Made by a program: the position numbers and the translations under genes. A DNA stretch of 64,000 nt, from IMG/VR virus record IMGVR_UViG_3300032327_000953, positions 96,001-160,000 of that record; one strand, written 5' to 3'. Of this stretch, positions 60,545-64,000 are shown one piece after another (the first letter of the stretch is position 1; every line of letters starts with the position of its first letter). The notes beneath the pieces were generated by a model, which was given only the letters and a program-made list of their open reading frames with translations, made no database searches and had not been told where the DNA came from. Source of the stretch: a virus. Its lineage: Duplodnaviria > Caudoviricetes.

Positions 60545-60657
60545 ATTTTGCTCCTTTAATTAGTACAAAATAAAAAGTTTACTATATTTAATTCCTCTAT
60601 ATAATACACTATTTTAGGGGAATTTTGCAGTAACCTGTTTTTTTTAAAGATCAATGC

Positions 60658-60685
60658 TTGACAGTGCCGATAACTGTGGTATACT
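60658..60685 (+). promoter_or_regulatory. Sigma70-type promoter with GCCGATA box
   Basis: TTGACA gtgccgataactgtgg TATACT. Confidence 0.8.
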
Positions 60686-60721
60686 GATGAAAGTGACGTA
60701 ACTAACACAGGAGAAACTGAG

Positions 60722-61126
60722 ATGGGTAAGGGTCAAAAAACTTGTGATAAATGTGGAGCTACCACAGGCCCAAGAGCTTATATGTGTCCTAAATGTAATG
60801 CTCCATTTGTTTTTAAGGCAAAAAGCAAAGAGGCAAAGAACACCAAGATTATTCGTGATTTTAACTGGAAAGAACTGGTTAAGGGAGATCGAATCAGAGT
60901 TGGTGGAGGCCCGTACTTTGTTAGCAAGGGAGAATTTATCCCTATGGGTTATAGAGGTCGTTTTGTTGTTGAGGCTCTTGACCATGATGGAATTAAAGCA
61001 TGGGGTCTAGACAAGCATCAAGGCTTCTGTCACATTTATATGGGTCTGGATACTCAGAATAAAGAAACTGGAGTTTGGAAGATAAAACATAAGCTTATGA
61101 AATTGAAAACTAAAGTTGAGGTTTAA
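60722..61126 (+). CDS. Zn-ribbon plus SH3-like hypothetical protein
   Basis: CDKCG....CPKC at the N-terminus. GGAG RBS. Confidence 0.65.
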   Translation: MGKGQKTCDKCGATTGPRAYMCPKCNAPFVFKAKSKEAKNTKIIRDFNWKELVKGDRIRVGGGPYFVSKGEFIPMGYRGRFVVEALDHDGIKAWGLDKHQGFCHIYMGLDTQNKETGVWKIKHKLMKLKTKVEV

Positions 61127-61405
61127 TATGGAATCTAATCAGGACAAAAAAGATCAACTTAATGATCTTATGGATTGTCGAGATAATATTGTTGACTCTC
61201 TCGCTAAGATTCAAACTATCCTTAGAGTAAATTTTCCAAAAGAATATGAAAAAGCTATTCAATTTTATATTCCACAAATTGTAACTGCTCTTTATGAGGA
61301 TGAAAAGTGGCTAAGTAGAGGAGAATATAGTCTACAGAACACTATTGACAATCTTGTTGAATGGTGTAAAAATGATGAGATAGATAAAAGTATTCAAAAA
61401 TATAT

Positions 61406-61789
61406 TTGACTTGGAATAAAGAAATGGAAACCTATAGCATTATTGATTTGGAAGGATATGCAAAAGCCATGAGAAGTGGTGCAGCATCCTCTTTCTCTCA
61501 AGAGTATTCTGAGAACCTTGATGAGTTTATTACTATTTTTCAAGTAATTAATCTGATCAAGAAGAACAACCTTGGACTAGATCAAGAAGGAAATTATCTT
61601 ATCAATCAGGATATTTTTGATGAGATATTTGATAATATTAGAGAATGGCTTTATGAAGTTGGTCTTGCCAAGTTGGCAGCAAAAGGTTTTGTAGATTGTG
61701 CATGGGATGATGAAGCTAATGGAATGATATTTTGGCTTCCAAACAAAGACAATACCTCAATATCCTCTAAACCATCAAAATCAGAATAA
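61406..61789 (+). CDS. Hypothetical protein
   Basis: 127-aa ORF in operon context. Confidence 0.55.
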   Translation: MTWNKEMETYSIIDLEGYAKAMRSGAASSFSQEYSENLDEFITIFQVINLIKKNNLGLDQEGNYLINQDIFDEIFDNIREWLYEVGLAKLAAKGFVDCAWDDEANGMIFWLPNKDNTSISSKPSKSE

Positions 61790-62206
61790 ATAATGGGCAA
61801 ACAAGAAATAGAAGAACTTAAAGAACAAATTCATGATTTGAAAGAATATCTATATTCTGATTTGTGTAAAGCTTGTGGCGATGCTGCATTAGCTTTAGAC
61901 AAAATTAATCAAAGACTAATGGAGTTAGAAACACAAAACAATACAGCAAATTCTTGACAACCATTGTTTGATAAGATATAATTAATGGTCATGGGGGTTT
62001 GTTCTATATTGAGAAACGGAGTCTTAACATTAAACTTCAACCACTGACTATTATATTTTTAGGACTATTCTTAACATCTCTAGGTTTTAATATTCTATTC
62101 TTACAAAGAGTAAAAGAACTAAATAATAGGCCAGCAAGAATTATAGTAGAAAGACCACAACAAGAAATTCATATTAAACCAAAAGTTTGGGGATATACTG
62201 ATAATC

Positions 62207-62559
62207 GGGCTAGTAAAGGTATCGACAGGTAAAATAGGTATAGATTGCATCGACTGGTTAATCGACCGGCCAGTTTAAAAGTCGATTAAAATTGTTAATT
62301 GGCGAAGTTTCAACTCTCGCTCTCGCTGCCTAATTAATTAGGTAATGAGTGGGGCGGCATGAGCCTTATTACCAAATCATGCTGACTCCGATATTCGGAT
62401 ATGGTAGTCCTACCAGACATAAATAGGAATGATGATTGTACTCAATCTGACGCAGATAATTCTGATAGCTTTGTTGGTAGTGTGATAACAATCAACTAAC
62501 GATGTAGAAGTTTATATTGATGTTTATTCTGGACGGCAGTTCGACTCTGCCCTAGTCCA
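62207..62559 (+). ncRNA. ssrA: tmRNA
   Basis: 5' gggctag taaaggtatcgac; 3' ggcag-ttcgact-ctgcc ctagtcc a with G3-U70; tag frame GGC GAA GTT TCA ACT CTC GCT CTC GCT GCC TAA = GEVSTLALAA. Confidence 0.93.
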
Positions 62560-62613
62560 CTTAATTTAGCTCTTGTCCATGTTTTGGTGTAAAGATATGT
62601 ACAGGAGACAACT

Positions 62614-63147
62614 ATGAAAACGAATACGTCTGTTGATTGTTCATATTGCGGTAAAAAAGTACTCAAATTAGCTTCAGAAGTAAAAAGACGAAGAAAAGCA
62701 GGAAAAGATAAGTTCTATTGTAATAACAATTGTTCTGGTAAACATAAGGCTGTTTATGTTATGCCATATAAGGATAATTTCAAAAAAACAAAATATACCA
62801 GACAACCAGATAAGTTTGCTAATTTTAGATGGTATATAAAAAATGTCATCAAAAATTCTAAAAAACGTAATCAGGAATATGATATAGATTTAGAATATTT
62901 GAACCAATTATGGGAAAACCAACTTGAGGTCTGCCCATTTACTAAACAGAAATTAGAACTCAGAACTCACAGCTATAACAATAAGAAACATCCATATTCA
63001 GCTTCTTTGGATAGAATAGACAATACAAAAGGTTATGTAAAAGGGAATATAAGATTTGTTGCCTTAATATTTAATTATGCTAAGAATACATTCAACGATC
63101 AACAAGTTTTAGATTTTTGCAAAAATACGGTTTCAAATGTCTCGTAA
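62614..63147 (+). mobile_element. Freestanding HNH-like homing endonuclease 3
   Basis: CSYCGK...YCNNNC and CPFTKQ...SASLDRIDNTKGYVKGNIRFV. Confidence 0.8.
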
Positions 63148-63481
63148 AATTTGTACTTACTGTGGAAAGCGTAAAAACCTAGCAAGTTTTCCCAAGCACA
63201 GTATGTATAAAGATAATCTTGATAGTAGATGTAGAAAATGTGTTAAGAAACACTCTAAAATTAGAGTTAAGCTACACAAAAAAGCCCCACCAAAACCAGA
63301 AGTTTGTGAATGTTGTAAAAAAGTTCCTTACAAATGGGCTTTAGATCATGATCATGATGACAATACTTTTAGGGGTTGGTTATGCGAACCTTGCAATACT
63401 GGTATAGGTAAATTAGGTGATGATTTTCAGAGCATTGTGAACGCTATGAATTATTTTCTTTCAAGACCAAATCGCAAATAG
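63137..63481 (+). CDS. Recombination endonuclease VII-like protein
   Basis: CECC...LDHDH....FRGWLCEPCNTGIG. Confidence 0.85.
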   Translation: MSRKICTYCGKRKNLASFPKHSMYKDNLDSRCRKCVKKHSKIRVKLHKKAPPKPEVCECCKKVPYKWALDHDHDDNTFRGWLCEPCNTGIGKLGDDFQSIVNAMNYFLSRPNRK

Positions 63482-63543
63482 ACGATACTTGACAAAGAGA
63501 TCACCGTATGCTAAAATTTTGGAAAACACAGGAGAAATTGGAA

Positions 63544-64000
63544 ATGTCATTTGAGCATCTGAGCGGTTTTGTTAGTGATCTGAAAGCAACTAGTAGTACG
63601 ATTGACAAAGTTGGAATTATTGAGGACTATACCTCTTCCAATAAGGCTGGAGCAGATTTTATCAAAAAGATTCTACTTTATACATACCATCCTCTTTGGC
63701 AGTATAATGTGACTAGTGACAATCTTAAAAAGAAGTCCTCTCTTAGAGGCAAATCACACAAGACTATTTTTGATTTGTTGGATTCTTTGAAGAATAGGGA
63801 AGTTACGGGGCATGATGCTATCGGAGCAGTTAATACTTTCATCGACAATAATGGACACGAAGAACTGATTCACTGCATAATTGATAAAGATTTGAAAACC
63901 CGTGCTGGAGATAAGCTTATCAATAAGGCTATTCCAGATCATATTCCCACATTTAGCGTTGCTCTTGCCGATAAATATGTTTCTAAAATTGTAGACTGGA
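63544..64000 (+). CDS. ATP-dependent DNA ligase (T4-like), N-terminal part, runs off the window
   Basis: Manual translation MSFEHLSGFVSDLKATSSTIDK...ILLYTYHP..QYNVT...DLLDSL..REVTGHDAI...IIDKDLK......INKAIPDHIPTF.VALA. Confidence 0.8.
   Translation, partial: MSFEHLSGFVSDLKATSSTIDKVGIIEDYTSSNKAGADFIKKILLYTYHPLWQYNVTSDNLKKKSSLRGKSHKTIFDLLDSLKNREVTGHDAIGAVNTFIDNNGHEELIHCIIDKDLKTRAGDKLINKAIPDHIPTFSVALADKYVSKIVDW

Overview
A 64-kb segment of a large, AT-rich tailed-phage (Caudoviricetes-like) genome, with no host housekeeping context. (1) 1-11145, minus strand: head and packaging operon (major capsid protein, decoration protein, protease/scaffold, portal, large terminase, ERCC4 and HNH nucleases), with an embedded GDP-mannose dehydratase, a methyltransferase and a phage sigma factor. 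(2) 11221-16632, plus strand: an operon with a PaaK/CapK-like adenylating enzyme and four Cys-rich proteins that share a 16-residue N-terminal leader. (3) About 16.7-34.5 kb: an early-type region divided into roughly 1-kb transcription modules by 15 copies of an 82-bp double-palindrome element of invariant geometry. It holds strong sigma70 promoters with an extra CGATA box, many small or acidic proteins, a ~650-nt highly structured ORF-free RNA candidate, two antisense HNH genes and most of the tRNAs, including rare Ser(ACU) and Ile(UAU). (4) About 35-64 kb: small middle genes plus ThyX, UV endonuclease, glycosyltransferases, phosphoesterases, a deaminase, an inverted Hint-domain cassette, a tmRNA, two more endonucleases and the start of a DNA ligase. 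All family assignments come from motif recognition by eye; no searches were run.
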